In this document: piece after piece, positions 33,615 through 33,944 of the stretch | Layout: each line of letters begins with the position of its first letter | Position numbering within the stretch: position 1 is the stretch's first letter | Source of the DNA: Perkinsela sp. CCAP 1560/9 | Lineage: Eukaryota; Protista; Euglenozoa: Kinetoplastea | Direction: 5' to 3' | Assembly (NCBI GenBank): GCA_965644495.1 | Contig: CBFFSA010000068.1 | Coordinates: 1-33,944 of the forward strand | Length of the DNA stretch: 33,944 nt | Position numbers and translations under genes: made by a program | Notes under the pieces: generated by a model | What the model saw: only the letters and a program-made list of their open reading frames with translations | Database searches by the model: none | What the model was told of the DNA's origin: nothing

Positions 33615-33944
33615 ATGGCTGATCAATGGGAGAAAGAGGGTGAATATTTTGGGATTCATCCTCTCGTTTTTACCGAAAGAGTTGCAAATATCACACATGA
33701 TGTGTCTTGTGATATGGTTGATGCTTTAGAGCGCTACTTAATTGAAAGGTGTGTTTTGCTTTGAATTTTTTTTGTCAGAAAACTCATCCATGAACATTTT
33801 TTTTTTTCGAAGGTGTGAACAAGAACATGAAGACCAGCTTATCCCCACTGTTACAGAATCTTCTGATAAATTAATGGAAGTTTTACAAAATGAAATTGAT
33901 AAAAATATGGACAAGTTCGAATTGTATGTTCTTCGAAACATCCT
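33615..33944 (+). CDS. MIS12: Kinetochore protein Mis12/Mtw1, 5' part (runs off the window; absent from the ORF track)
   Basis: MADQWEKEGEYFGIHPLVFTERVANITHDVSCDMVDALERYLIER|CEQ...LQNEIDKNMDKFELYVLRNI matches the Mis12 E-x-FG-x-x-P and DK-x-x-DKFELY-x-LRNI motifs. Intron ~33749-33812. Confidence 0.85.

Noticed and set aside
26974-33944. RAD51AP1-like, UPF1 and MIS12 adjacency as a functional cluster
   Set aside because: Neighbouring housekeeping genes in a compact genome; no evidence of co-regulation.

Overview
Gene-dense, intron-rich eukaryotic nuclear DNA using the standard code. It is probably from an amoebozoan-like protist (inferred from gene content; not proven). Manual GT-AG splicing supports about 14 protein-coding genes. 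In order: a 5'-truncated Clu-domain/TPR-like protein, a small SPRY-like protein, an acid ceramidase/NAAA-type Ntn hydrolase, RagA/Gtr1, REX4, an SH3-DH-PH-MORN RhoGEF, IPI1/TEX10, a small lipidation-motif protein with a duplicated ~45-aa domain, a Cys-rich/Pro-Gln/zinc-ribbon protein, an NZF-LIM-DA1 metallopeptidase, a Golgi-type sulfotransferase, a RAD51AP1/NUCKS-like protein with a large SQ repeat array, UPF1, and the 5' part of MIS12. There are also two identical tRNA-Leu(AAG) genes in a duplicated tRNA+SPRY cassette and several pseudogenic fragments around a rearranged 20.5-25.4 kb block. Most notable: (1) about 80% of inferred 5' splice sites are GT+pyrimidine rather than GTRAGT, with U-tracts at the 5' end of introns; (2) the RAD51AP1-like gene, visible only after splicing; (3) a DA1-type peptidase with an NZF finger in place of UIMs; (4) the tRNA-linked SPRY cassette; (5) a split inverted paralog and short inverted repeat bracketing a multi-gene block. 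All gene models were read by eye without alignments, so exon limits are approximate.
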